Made by a program: the position numbers and the translations under genes | Assembly: GCA_943788245.1 (NCBI GenBank) | Contig: CALSPN010000007.1 | Coordinates: forward strand, 47,446 to 111,445 | Reading direction: 5' to 3' | DNA length: 64,000 nt | Origin: an uncultured Verrucomicrobiae bacterium | Lineage (GTDB): Bacteria; Verrucomicrobiota; Verrucomicrobiia; Limisphaerales; AAA164-E04 | Notes under the pieces: model-generated | Databases searched by the model: none | What the model was told of the DNA's origin: nothing | What the model saw: the letters and a program-made list of their open reading frames with translations, nothing else | Shown: in pieces, positions 28,799 through 39,057 of the stretch | Position numbering within the stretch: position 1 is the stretch's first letter | Layout: each line of letters starts with the position of its first letter

Positions 28799-28844
28799 GC
28801 CAAAGGGATTGAAAATTATGAGAAGTGTCGCCTGGCTGCAAGTG

Positions 28845-29927
28845 TTAATTTAAACTTTTCTGATCAATATCACTTTGCGACATTGGCAGAAAATCTACTT
28901 TCGCACTTAACTCCGGAGTGAGGTAGGAATCTGGGTTTTCGATTTGAACTTTAATCTGGAGTGTCCCTTTCTGACGGTTGGCCTCAGGGGCAATCTCCAC
29001 CACTTTGCCCTCATAAACGCGATCCAGATAAGCTTCAGGGCTGATCATACAAGGCTGATTGAGCTGAATTTTAGACAAATCGGATTCATTCAGTTCAATC
29101 TCCACTTGTAAATCATTGGGGTCTCCCAGGGAGATCAGTGCCGTGCTGGGGCCCCTTGCCCCGCCAAAACTTTGAGGCGTGACCAGTTCGTTGGGATCAA
29201 CTAATTTTTCCAAAACGACGCCATCTATGGGCGAACGAATGATGGTCCATTCCAGATAAGTCGTTAACAGGGCAAGCTGCCCCTCCAGCCGTTTGACTTC
29301 AGCCTGTGCACCTGCAAGCTTCAGTTGAGCATCTTCCAGCGTAGCCCTCATCTCAACATTTTCAGCAACCAGCTGACTGGCACGCTGTAATTCCAACTCC
29401 GCTTGCTGCACCTGCACTTCCGCAAACTCCATCGAACCACGGCCTTGGAGCATTTGCGCCTGAAATTCGGCATCATCCAGGGTGGCAACAATCTGCCCCT
29501 TTTCAACGGCATCGCCTTTCTTGACATTGATGACTTTAACGACTCCCATGAATCTTGGACTCAGTTCAATCCGTTCACGGTTGATGATGTATCCACTCAC
29601 GGTCAAGAGCGAATCCTGAATGCTTACCGACTCAATATTTACCTGACCTTCAATCATTGAGACATCTTCTTGCATTGATGCCACTCCTTGTCTTTGCTGC
29701 ATGACCGATGTTTCATCAAATTTTGTAATCCCTGTTGCAGCGGCATTTCTCTGCCCCCCCTCCGTTTCGCCAAGAATACGTTGATCATCACCACTACGAG
29801 GCCAGGCAAACCAGCTGGCTGTGGCCAGAAGGATAGCGATCATGCCATAGATCAAGCCAACAACGGAACGCGATCTTTGCTTGGCATGCTGAGGAATTTT
29901 GAGCTGTTGAATATTCTCTTTCTTCAT
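28845..29927 (-). CDS. Efflux periplasmic adaptor (membrane fusion protein, MacA-like)
   Basis: VKKGDAVEKGQIVATLD, IRSPIDGVV, IAPEANRQKGT and LTPELSAKV. Confidence 0.9.
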   Translation of the reverse strand: MKKENIQQLKIPQHAKQRSRSVVGLIYGMIAILLATASWFAWPRSGDDQRILGETEGGQRNAAATGITKFDETSVMQQRQGVASMQEDVSMIEGQVNIESVSIQDSLLTVSGYIINRERIELSPRFMGVVKVINVKKGDAVEKGQIVATLDDAEFQAQMLQGRGSMEFAEVQVQQAELELQRASQLVAENVEMRATLEDAQLKLAGAQAEVKRLEGQLALLTTYLEWTIIRSPIDGVVLEKLVDPNELVTPQSFGGARGPSTALISLGDPNDLQVEIELNESDLSKIQLNQPCMISPEAYLDRVYEGKVVEIAPEANRQKGTLQIKVQIENPDSYLTPELSAKVDFLPMSQSDIDQKSLN

Positions 29928-31084
29928 AAGGATTTAAGCGCGTCAATGACAGGGGTTCTGGATGCCTTGATGGCGGGTATCAAAGTACCAAACAAGCCAA
30001 TAAGCACAGAAAAAACGATACCCTGAAAAGCTAGTTTTGGGGTAATCGTAAATTCAAAGACTGTTTCACTGAAGGATTCGATACCAATCGTGCCGGTGGC
30101 GTATCCGTTCAGAGGCAAAGAAAGCAAACAGCCAAGTATACCCCCGATCGCACAAAGAAGGATCCCTTCGATCAACAATCCCAACACAATCGTCCGCCTT
30201 CTGAACCCGAGCACCCGCAAAGTTCCGATCTCTCGCGTTCGAGCACCAACGGTAGCATACATGGTGTTCATGGCGGCGAGAATCGCGCCAAGGGACATGG
30301 CGGTAGCTAGAAAATTACCCATCCATTTGATCGGCGTCGCGGTCATGGTTTGTTCTTTGTAGTAATCCATTTCATTTTTGACCAGTAACTGGAGGCGTTT
30401 ATCCTCCACGATTTGCCTGATCAGCGCCGCGCGTCCATGATCGCTTGACGGACGAATCAGCAAACTCGAATAGGAGTCACGATCAAAGAGTGAACGCACC
30501 TCATCCGCATCAGCCCAGATCTCTGAGTCAAAAGCACTGTTCCCCCCATCAAACCACCCCACCACCGTCAACCAATCAGGACCGGTCTTGAATTGATCAC
30601 CGATGCCAAAATTTTCGAAGCGAGCTGCCAGACGCTGGCTGACCACAACCTCGCGTTTGCCCTTTGAGAACCAACGCCCCTCAACTAGATTTACCTGAGG
30701 GCGTAATACTCTGCCTTGCCCACCAATGCCGCGCACCGTGGTGTTTGCTTCCCCCTGACCATTCAAGCGCGGGAGATTCACCAAGGTGAGCACATCCGTC
30801 GAAATCATGGGCTGGTCCTGTGCATCGCGCTCGATCCATTCAGAGTATCGGAGGGATCGAAATTGCTCGAGGTTCACTACACTGCTGGATTCTGATTGCG
30901 AACCTTTGCGAACGATGAGCAAGTTACGAGGATCGCCTGTATTGGCGCTGCTTGTTTGCAACCCCACTGCCAGGGCCTGGACGATTACATAAACGGCTAC
31001 CACCATCGAAATACCCAGAATGGTTGCCAGCGTACTGCGCCACCGCAGCACTACATTTCCTGCATTGTATTTAACGGGTAACAT
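29924..31084 (-). CDS. MacB/FtsX-type ABC permease
   Basis: MNTMYATVGARTREIGTLRVLGF. Confidence 0.92.
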   Translation of the reverse strand: MLPVKYNAGNVVLRWRSTLATILGISMVVAVYVIVQALAVGLQTSSANTGDPRNLLIVRKGSQSESSSVVNLEQFRSLRYSEWIERDAQDQPMISTDVLTLVNLPRLNGQGEANTTVRGIGGQGRVLRPQVNLVEGRWFSKGKREVVVSQRLAARFENFGIGDQFKTGPDWLTVVGWFDGGNSAFDSEIWADADEVRSLFDRDSYSSLLIRPSSDHGRAALIRQIVEDKRLQLLVKNEMDYYKEQTMTATPIKWMGNFLATAMSLGAILAAMNTMYATVGARTREIGTLRVLGFRRRTIVLGLLIEGILLCAIGGILGCLLSLPLNGYATGTIGIESFSETVFEFTITPKLAFQGIVFSVLIGLFGTLIPAIKASRTPVIDALKSL

Positions 31085-31090
31085 GTTCCA

Positions 31091-32236
31091 TCAATCCAGG
31101 GTCTTCAGGCCGTCCACCACACTCATTCTACAAACCGACCAGCCAGGAGCAATTCCTGCGGCAACACCCAACACCAATGAAATCAAAAAGGCGGTTCCCA
31201 GCATTTTGTTCGTTACTTCAAAAAAAACAAACATGCCGCTCGATAATTGCTGGATGTCGATGGTCGAGAAGAGCCATGCTGCTCCACCGACCCCGATGAC
31301 GGCACCCAGTAAAGACAACAGGAGACTTTCCGCCAGAATGAATGCCAGTAACTCATGACGACGATAACCTATGGCTTTTAAAATTGCTAACTCTCGAAAT
31401 CGTTCACGGATGGCCATACTCATCGTGCTTACAGTGACCAGCAGTAGAGTAAAGACAATGGCGGAGCAAATCGAATCAATGAGCATCTGTATATTGCCCC
31501 ACATCGAAACGAACCCCATTTGGAATGATCGCTCACTTTCTGCTCTGACCTCCGCAGAGGTACTCGCAAATGTTTCGTTGATCGTATGGACCACATTGGG
31601 CGCGACTTCGGCTGAACCGGCCCTCACCCACCAGGTCCCCACCGTGCCGGGGTCATCTGTCATTTCATCAAGATACTTGTGATGAAAAAAGACATTCCGG
31701 TCATCAAACGTTCCTTCATAGGTTCCAACAATCTCCATATCGAGATTCACTGGATTAAAAGTCCCGGAAAGGAGCATTTTTTCTCCAATTTCTAGATTGT
31801 ACCTTTTTATTGTGTCGACTCCAACCAGGCAACTACCACGATTCTTGAGCCATGCTTCGAGGTGATCATCTGCTATTTTGGCCTCAAGAAAGACGTTGGT
31901 AAATCTTATCGGATCGACAGCAAATTGAGCGAAAGTAGTGAAGGATTCATTGCGATAGAGGCCACCAAAATAAGTAAATGGTGTGATCGCTTCCACTCCA
32001 TTGATTTTTTCAATTTTCTGCAATTGACGAAACGGCAAAGGCTGAGCCAGTGAAACTTTATTGCGGACGGCGATACGCAAAGAGGCGCCAACATCCTCTG
32101 GAGGGATGGTCAATTCACGCAGCGTTACTTGAAGGGTGATGAAGAGAAAGAGACTGACCGCCACACTCAATGCGGACAACGTAGCACGACGCTTGTTGCG
32201 CAAAGCATTTCTCAAAATGAAGGATGCAGTGGTCAT
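31091..32236 (-). CDS. MacB/FtsX-type ABC permease
   Basis: RNALRNKRR and TMSMAIRERFRELAILKAIGY. Confidence 0.92.
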   Translation of the reverse strand: MTTASFILRNALRNKRRATLSALSVAVSLFLFITLQVTLRELTIPPEDVGASLRIAVRNKVSLAQPLPFRQLQKIEKINGVEAITPFTYFGGLYRNESFTTFAQFAVDPIRFTNVFLEAKIADDHLEAWLKNRGSCLVGVDTIKRYNLEIGEKMLLSGTFNPVNLDMEIVGTYEGTFDDRNVFFHHKYLDEMTDDPGTVGTWWVRAGSAEVAPNVVHTINETFASTSAEVRAESERSFQMGFVSMWGNIQMLIDSICSAIVFTLLLVTVSTMSMAIRERFRELAILKAIGYRRHELLAFILAESLLLSLLGAVIGVGGAAWLFSTIDIQQLSSGMFVFFEVTNKMLGTAFLISLVLGVAAGIAPGWSVCRMSVVDGLKTLD

Positions 32237-32284
32237 GCGAATAATGGACGATACATTGAAAAACCCACGCTTTGAGAAGGAGTC

Positions 32285-32998
32285 TCAGGAAACCAGGGGG
32301 TCTTCTTTTTCAAACCGCCCCTTTTCAAGTTGAATGATACGTTTACCAAAGGCGGCGGCTTTTGGGTCATGTGTCACCATGATGACTGTTTTGCCGGCAT
32401 CGCTACTGAGCGATTGCAAGATTTCCAATACTTGTTGAGCCGATTGGGAATCCAAATTGCCGGTGGGTTCATCGGCGACGACCAGAGCAGGGTCAGTAAC
32501 CAGAGCCCGTGCAATAGCGACACGCTGTTCCTGTCCACCGCTGAGCTGTTTTGGCAAATGATGAGAACGGTCTTCCAAGCCAACCAACTCGAGCGCAGCT
32601 GCGACCAAGGCCTTCCTTTCTTTCCTGCCCAACCGAGTCAACAGCAGCGGAAGTTCAACGTTTTCAAAAGCAGTGAGGACGGGGATAAGGTTGAAGCTTT
32701 GAAAAATGAAACCCACATTTTGATTACGCCAATCGGCCAAAGCTGATTCGTTAAGGTTCGAAAGATCAATGTTCTGGACTTTACAAATTCCAGAGGTCTG
32801 ACGATCGATACCCGCAATGATATGAAGTAAAGTCGATTTACCAGAACCCGATGGCCCCATCAGTGTCAGAAAATCGGAACTGTCTATGTTCAAATGAATA
32901 TCATCAAGCGCAGTAACCTGAATTTCCCCTTGATTGTAAGCTTTGCTTAAGTTCCGAATTTCAACAATGGAATTCATCAACTTACTTTTTAAGTTCAT
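32285..32998 (-). CDS. ABC transporter ATP-binding protein (LolD/MacB-type)
   Basis: [32 protein letters not shown] and VTHD; start 32998 gives an ATGA overlap with the upstream hydrolase. Confidence 0.95.
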   Translation of the reverse strand: MNLKSKLMNSIVEIRNLSKAYNQGEIQVTALDDIHLNIDSSDFLTLMGPSGSGKSTLLHIIAGIDRQTSGICKVQNIDLSNLNESALADWRNQNVGFIFQSFNLIPVLTAFENVELPLLLTRLGRKERKALVAAALELVGLEDRSHHLPKQLSGGQEQRVAIARALVTDPALVVADEPTGNLDSQSAQQVLEILQSLSSDAGKTVIMVTHDPKAAAFGKRIIQLEKGRFEKEDPLVS

Positions 32999-33855
32999 TG
33001 AGCCAGGAAGCCCTGCTCTTGCAGCCAAAAAAGACAATCCTTGGTCCACGGATGACCATTTCCAAGCCCAATCCCATGTCTCCCTTTCTGATACACATGC
33101 AAATCAAATGCCACCCCCGCCTTACGCAGGGCATCTGCAAATTGAAGACTGTTTTCGACGGGTACGGCTTTATCTTCCCACGTATGCCAGACAAAGCATG
33201 GAGGTGTGTCGGAAGACACCTGAAGTTCATTGGAGAGCAACCACACCAAATCTTTGGATGGGTTTTGCCCAAGCAGGTTGCGCTTTGATCCCTCATGGGT
33301 GAATGCACCTAAAGTGACCACCGGGTAACAGAGAATCCCTAGTGCAGGACGGGAAGAAAGCCGATCAATAGGATCTCTGGCAGATGCATCGCCTTCGTCA
33401 AAATGTGTAACGAGGGTGGACGCCAGATGTCCACCTGCCGATGATCCCATGATACCGATTCGATTCGAGTCAATCCCCCATTCGGTAGAATGATATTTCG
33501 CCAGTCGCACCGCTCGGGAAGCATCGCCCAACATCACAGGGTGGCGATATCCCTTGGAACCCAGGCGGTATTTCAGAACCAGACCAGCGATACCATGCTC
33601 TGCAAGCCATTCAGCATAACCTTTGCCTTCATGCTGCGCCAAGCCTCCATAGCCACCACCGGGAAAAATGACAATCGCCGCTCCTGTGGCTTTATCCTCG
33701 TCCGGCAGGTAAAGAGTCAGGGTGGGATTGTCATGGTCGGCATTTCCCAAAGCGCCAGGTGCGCCATCTTTCCAGAGGGATATGATTTCTGCAGCGATGA
33801 CAGGCTTAAAAGTCGCGGTAATTATAAAAAGGCAAGTGATCCAAAATTTCGACAT
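32995..33855 (-). CDS. Exported alpha/beta hydrolase (xylan esterase/BD-FAE-like)
   Basis: PGGGY, GSSAGGH nucleophile elbow, D of EDKAV and H of GRHGIG; signal peptide from Met at 33855. Confidence 0.88.
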   Translation of the reverse strand: MSKFWITCLFIITATFKPVIAAEIISLWKDGAPGALGNADHDNPTLTLYLPDEDKATGAAIVIFPGGGYGGLAQHEGKGYAEWLAEHGIAGLVLKYRLGSKGYRHPVMLGDASRAVRLAKYHSTEWGIDSNRIGIMGSSAGGHLASTLVTHFDEGDASARDPIDRLSSRPALGILCYPVVTLGAFTHEGSKRNLLGQNPSKDLVWLLSNELQVSSDTPPCFVWHTWEDKAVPVENSLQFADALRKAGVAFDLHVYQKGRHGIGLGNGHPWTKDCLFWLQEQGFLAQ

Positions 33856-33925
33856 GCAACTCTGATAAAGGATTTCAATTAACCTGACAAACTGAAAAGA
33901 GCGCAGTAGTTTGGCTTCAATGGTC

Positions 33926-34921
33926 ATGAGTAAGCCTGTCATCGCAATCACCATGGGAGACCCTGCAGGAGTAGGGCCGGAAATCTGCCTGCAAGCATTG
34001 AAAGACCCAGGCGTCCTGAAAAGCTGTGTTCCGGTCATTTTTGGTGATGCTGATATTTTAAGCCGATGCGCAGAGGCATTGGGTGAAAAATGCACTTACC
34101 CGGTGATCAGTGACACAAACTTAACAAGTTTGAAATTAGTTCAAGACCCTTGCATTCTGCATGTTGCAGGCTTGGATCACCAGTTTTTCCAACCGACCAA
34201 AGTGAATGCTCAAACAGGGCAAGCAAGCTACCAATACATACAGAAAGCAATGGATGCGGCTCTGGGTGGCAGTGTCGCAGCAGTAACCACTGCCCCTATC
34301 AACAAAGAAGCACTTCATAAGGCATCCATCCCCTATCCAGGTCACACAGAAATGTTCGCTGCCAGGGCAGGCTCTGAGAGATGGTGCATGATGCAATACT
34401 CGGAAGCCATTACCTGTACTTTCGTAACAGTTCACGTGGGCTATGCAGAAGTGCCGAAGTTATTGACCAAAGAACGCATTCTTGAAGTGATTGAACTCTC
34501 GGCTGAAAATCTTCAACGCATTCGCCAACGTCATCCTAAGATTGTTGTTTGCGGATTGAACCCTCACGCGGGTGAACATGGCTTATTCGGTAATCACGAA
34601 GAAGAGAAAATCATTCTACCTGCCATTGAGATGGCACGCCAGAAGGGTATCGATGTTGAAGGTCCTTTGCCCCCGGACACTGCATTCCTTCCATGGAAAC
34701 GCAAATCAACCGATGTCTTCGTCTGCATGTACCACGATCAGGGCCATATTCCAGTGAAAGCTCTCGCATTCGATTGCGCAGTGAACACGACTCTAGGACT
34801 CTCGATCATCCGCACCAGCGTAGATCATGGCACAGCATTGGACATCGCCTGGCAGGGAAAAGCCAGTCCCAGCAGCCTGTTAAGCGCGATTCAGTTGGCA
34901 GTGCAACTAGCAGACAAGTAA
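33926..34921 (+). CDS. pdxA: 4-hydroxythreonine-4-phosphate dehydrogenase (PdxA or PdxA2)
   Basis: TMGDPAGVGPE, PGHTE, GLNPHAGE, MYHDQG and RTSVDHGTALDIA. Confidence 0.93.
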   Translation: MSKPVIAITMGDPAGVGPEICLQALKDPGVLKSCVPVIFGDADILSRCAEALGEKCTYPVISDTNLTSLKLVQDPCILHVAGLDHQFFQPTKVNAQTGQASYQYIQKAMDAALGGSVAAVTTAPINKEALHKASIPYPGHTEMFAARAGSERWCMMQYSEAITCTFVTVHVGYAEVPKLLTKERILEVIELSAENLQRIRQRHPKIVVCGLNPHAGEHGLFGNHEEEKIILPAIEMARQKGIDVEGPLPPDTAFLPWKRKSTDVFVCMYHDQGHIPVKALAFDCAVNTTLGLSIIRTSVDHGTALDIAWQGKASPSSLLSAIQLAVQLADK

Positions 34922-35198
34922 AAACAAGGCCAGATAGCCCTGTATCATTAAGTGATACACAGAGTTCATCCCCATGGGTAACATTTGCGTGAGAAACGAC
35001 ATGCATGAGCTCATCCCAAATTTAAATAATCTTTGGCAACCGATTACTTATGTCGATTTATTGTTGGGCTCATTAACCAGAGATGGGGTAAGGAATGAGA
35101 CCAATTTCTCCGAGGCTGAGCAAAAACGTTGGCGATTGGCTTCCTTGATTATAAGGAGAGGTTCTATGGAACTTGCTTAAGGTCGCTGAATGTCCAAT

Positions 35199-35624
35199 TT
35201 AATCCGCTTTTTCGACGCGAATGCTTTGAGGCTCGCAATGCTTGAGCTCAAATTCAGGTGGGATTTCAACTGCCAACGTTACTGCAAATTCGTTTTCACC
35301 TGATTGACGGGTAAAATCTGCGACAACCCTTATCCTGCCGGCATCCGCTGATTCCAGCAGTTTGGCCTGCCCTTCCACTTTAACTCGAACGGTTTGAGGC
35401 TCGATGACATATCGATTGGTGTCTGTGGATGACGTCTGAACAATGATCGGAACCTCGGTAAACTCTCGACTCGCGAGCAGCCCTTGATCGGCACGACTGG
35501 CCTCATTTTCCTCTACAACCGCCACACGAATGACCACCCATAGACCAATGGCCATCATCAGCGACGCCATTTTCCAGGTAAGATTGGAAAATACTTGAGC
35601 GAATATGATCTTCATCGATGCCAT
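35199..35624 (-). CDS. cdaR: CdaR/YbbR-like regulator (single YbbR domain)
   Basis: NLTWKMASLMMAIGLW TM, then EPQTVRVKVEG; directly downstream of cdaA. Confidence 0.75.
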   Translation of the reverse strand: MASMKIIFAQVFSNLTWKMASLMMAIGLWVVIRVAVVEENEASRADQGLLASREFTEVPIIVQTSSTDTNRYVIEPQTVRVKVEGQAKLLESADAGRIRVVADFTRQSGENEFAVTLAVEIPPEFELKHCEPQSIRVEKAD

Positions 35625-35627
35625 GGC

Positions 35628-36449
35628 TCAGGTCACTGTTTTCTTGTTCAAAATTTTATGAAGGTCCTTTTGCTCTTCAACTCGTTTTTCAGATTTTGCT
35701 CCTTTTACAATCAAGGTACTGAGAATGGAACGTAATTCTTCAACAGACAAACCTCTCACCAATTGGCCTTGATGCGCGTAAGAAATCATGCCGGTCTCTT
35801 CCGAAACCAATACCACTACAGCATCTGTTTCCTCACTCAATCCAATCGCAGCTCGATGTCGGGTACCAAGCGATTTCTGAAGATCCTGACGACGTGTGAG
35901 AGGAAGAATACATGCAGCGTGAGAGATGCGATCCCCCTCAATCAACACGCCACCATCGTGTATGGCATTGTTTGGGAAAAAAATGGTCTCCAACATTTCA
36001 GGCGTGGCTTCACAATCGATAGGAACTCCCAGTTCAAGCACTTGAGAGAGGTCGTGGCTTTGCTCGACCGCAATCAAAGCTCCAATCTTGACATCAGAAA
36101 GTCGGTCAACAGCTTGAACGATCACCTCAATCGTTTCACGTTGTTCACGGATCAAGGAGAAATTGGGAAGATTCCCGAGTCGTGACAGCAGCCTACGGAT
36201 TTCAGGATGAAAAAGAATCAGGATCGCGTAGGCTGAAAAGCTGAACAACTGTAGTAATATCCAATTGAGCACTGTTAGTTGAAGCGCTGTCGTGACCACA
36301 AGAAACCCAAGAAGTACCAGAAAACCGATGAAAACCCCCCAGCCATGCGTCCGCCTCACGAACATGAGGATGAAATAGATACCCACAGCCAGAATAGATA
36401 TCTCTACCACTGGCCTCCAGAGCGTTTCCCATGAGGCATCAAAGATCAT
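35628..36449 (-). CDS. cdaA: Diadenylate cyclase
   Basis: Three N-terminal TMs, FHPEIRR, GALI, IHDGGV, LGTRHRAAIGLSE and VSEETG. Confidence 0.95.
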   Translation of the reverse strand: MIFDASWETLWRPVVEISILAVGIYFILMFVRRTHGWGVFIGFLVLLGFLVVTTALQLTVLNWILLQLFSFSAYAILILFHPEIRRLLSRLGNLPNFSLIREQRETIEVIVQAVDRLSDVKIGALIAVEQSHDLSQVLELGVPIDCEATPEMLETIFFPNNAIHDGGVLIEGDRISHAACILPLTRRQDLQKSLGTRHRAAIGLSEETDAVVVLVSEETGMISYAHQGQLVRGLSVEELRSILSTLIVKGAKSEKRVEEQKDLHKILNKKTVT

Positions 36450-36457
36450 TTAGTATA

Positions 36458-37291
36458 TCAGGACTGCAAGGCATCCCACATTTTAAGCGCCTGCACTGTC
36501 TCGGTAACATCATGTGTTCTGATCATTCCAACTCCTTGTTGCATGGCCCAACAGGCACAAGCCAAGCCCGCAGGCACACGTTTTCCAGGGGACTCAACTC
36601 CCAGCAAAGTTTGAAACATCGACTTTCTGGAAACCCCCAAAAGCAGGGGATGACCAAGTGATTGAAGTGATCTCAGTGAGCATAACAATTTCATGTTATG
36701 ATCCAAGGTTTTACCGAAACCAATACCAACATCGAGCATAACCTGTTCCTTTTTTACTCCTGAGAGGAACATAAGATCGAGTTGATTTCCAAAAAACTCA
36801 ATCACGTCTTCTACCACATCATCATATTGCGGGTTCTTTTGCATTGTCCCCGGACTCCCCTGCATGTGCATGGCCACATAGCCTGCCCCGGATTCCGCCA
36901 CCCATTCCCACATGGAAGGATCCTGACGATTGGCTTCCACATCATTGATGATCACCGCTCCTGCCTGGACTGCCTCTCTGGCTACCCGAACCTTGCGAGT
37001 ATCAATACTCAACGGAATCGATGATTGAGCGGCCAAGGCTTCCACGACAGGCACGACACGCCGCAATTCTTCGGCAACATCAACGTCCGCAGCGTTTGGA
37101 CGGGTCGATTCACCCCCTATATCCACCAGATCAACCCCCTCTTCCACCATCTCCAAACCACGATCCACAGCTTTGGGAACATCGACATAAGATCCTCCAT
37201 CAGAAAAAGAATCGGGCGTGACATTCAATATGCCCATGACCTTGGGAACTCCCTGCAAGGTCCATTGATGCTTACAAGTTGACCAATTCAC
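36458..37291 (-). CDS. folP: Dihydropteroate synthase
   Basis: MGILNVTPDSFSDGG, DIGGESTRP, DVGIGFGK, GVSRKS and RTHDV. Confidence 0.96.
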   Translation of the reverse strand: MNWSTCKHQWTLQGVPKVMGILNVTPDSFSDGGSYVDVPKAVDRGLEMVEEGVDLVDIGGESTRPNAADVDVAEELRRVVPVVEALAAQSSIPLSIDTRKVRVAREAVQAGAVIINDVEANRQDPSMWEWVAESGAGYVAMHMQGSPGTMQKNPQYDDVVEDVIEFFGNQLDLMFLSGVKKEQVMLDVGIGFGKTLDHNMKLLCSLRSLQSLGHPLLLGVSRKSMFQTLLGVESPGKRVPAGLACACWAMQQGVGMIRTHDVTETVQALKMWDALQS

Positions 37292-37338
37292 TTGATTACT
37301 TTTTTAAAAACAGGTTTCAGAACCAGAAAACCACGTAG

Positions 37339-38730
37339 CTATCGAGGTAGACTCAATGGCATATCGGCAACAATCCACGTCATTACCGCGGAGGCGGCCA
37401 CGCATTGATTGAATTCTTTCACGTCCAGCTTATCAATCGTGTCCGCGTCCGTATGGTGATACCAGAAGTATTTCGTTCGATCCACATCCAGTCCCATCAC
37501 AGGAACTCCATCCGGCACCAAGCGCATGATGTCGGAAACACCCGCTCCCCACTTCAACCGCTGTGCCTCGACAGGCCCCAACAAGGTACCGATGGCTTCA
37601 AGATAAGGCATGGCTTTTTCGCTACCGGTAAAACTGAATCCTTGAGGCTTGAAGGTGCCTGCATCTGATTCGATCGCCAGAACGTGATGCTCCAATGCCT
37701 CTTTGTGTTGGTCTCTGTAAGTGCGCACACCGGCCATGCCATTTTCTTCATTCGTCCACAGAACAACACGTATGGTGCGTCGTGGACGCAAGCCCGATTT
37801 GAGAATCAGTCGCGCCGCTTCCCACATTGCGAGGCAGCCTCCGCCATCATCCATGGCACCTTGCCCCACATCCCAGGAGTCGATATGACCACTGATGAGC
37901 ACGATTTCTTCGGGAGATTCAAGGCCAGGGATTTCAGCCACGACATTGCGTGAAAGGCTGGGTTCCATGTTTTGGGCTTCCATGTGAAGCTCAACCTTCA
38001 ACAAATCTCCGCGTTCCTGCATACGCTCAAGAAGCATGGCATCTTCCAAGGTAATCGCCGCATGAGGAATACGAGGGACAGCATCATCATATACCATCAT
38101 GCCCGTGTGAGGAGTCTGCATGGAAAAAGGGCCGACCGATCGAATCAAACTTGCAACTGCACCAGCCTTCGCCGCTTCAATGGCACCGCGCACCCGAAAG
38201 ACGACGGTGGCACCGTAATCCGTGAAAGGCGCGTTGAACAAAACAATCTTCCCCTTGGCCTGCACCTGATTCGCTTTCAACTCTTCAAAACTTTGAACGA
38301 CCAGAACCTCAGCTACGATACCATCAGGCCCAGTCCCGACACTTCCTCCAAGCCCAAGCATTCGACATGATTTTTCCAATGGGCTTGTGATCGATAGCGA
38401 TTCTTTTCCCCGCACCCATCGAGGAACCATCACGGGCTCGCCTCTTACTTTGGAGAACCCATCCTTTTTCATTTCTTCCAAGGCCCAATCAATTGCCTGC
38501 TCCAATGTCGCAGACCCGCTGAAGCGCGGACCAAACCGATCGCACATCTCAGCAAGCCGTTCAAACCCATGATCACTTTTCAAGGCTTTTTGGATCAAAG
38601 ATTCCGCGCTGTCACGATAGGTCGACGCAAGATGATCGGGAGTAAAGTGCTCCTCTGCGAAACAGGCAAAACTGATAAATGATACCAGCGCACTCAGAGT
38701 CAAAGCGCGGAGGTAGATTGTAATTCTCAT
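37339..38730 (-). CDS. M28 family metallopeptidase (carboxypeptidase Q-like), exported
   Basis: GHIDSWDVGQGAMDDGGG, NEENG, ESD and YHHT; PA domain. Confidence 0.9.
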   Translation of the reverse strand: MRITIYLRALTLSALVSFISFACFAEEHFTPDHLASTYRDSAESLIQKALKSDHGFERLAEMCDRFGPRFSGSATLEQAIDWALEEMKKDGFSKVRGEPVMVPRWVRGKESLSITSPLEKSCRMLGLGGSVGTGPDGIVAEVLVVQSFEELKANQVQAKGKIVLFNAPFTDYGATVVFRVRGAIEAAKAGAVASLIRSVGPFSMQTPHTGMMVYDDAVPRIPHAAITLEDAMLLERMQERGDLLKVELHMEAQNMEPSLSRNVVAEIPGLESPEEIVLISGHIDSWDVGQGAMDDGGGCLAMWEAARLILKSGLRPRRTIRVVLWTNEENGMAGVRTYRDQHKEALEHHVLAIESDAGTFKPQGFSFTGSEKAMPYLEAIGTLLGPVEAQRLKWGAGVSDIMRLVPDGVPVMGLDVDRTKYFWYHHTDADTIDKLDVKEFNQCVAASAVMTWIVADMPLSLPR

Positions 38731-39057
38731 GAGCTCAGTCTAAAGGAAAGCAATGGACCATTGCAAATACTTGAACATTCAAAGCGTGATCATGGTTCGC
38801 AAAAGCTGAATGAACGGCCCTGCAGCCAAATCTCAGACTGCCTGCAGATCAAATCAAAAAACTGGGGGTGATTTTTCAGGTAAATACCAGAAGCCCAAGA
38901 CAGCCTAGCTACAGGCTATCCTGCTGATTAGTTCAATACTGGCTTACAAGGAGAAAGCGCGTTTTGGAACGAAGTGAACTCATCGGTGGGCGAAAATTGA
39001 TGATAGAAAATCAATAAATATTCTAAACCCTGAACCAGCCAGGCATCCGATCGTAGA

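Noticed and set aside
33856-34095. N-terminal extension of the alpha/beta hydrolase ORF
   Set aside because: Antisense to pdxA; the signal peptide begins at Met 33855.
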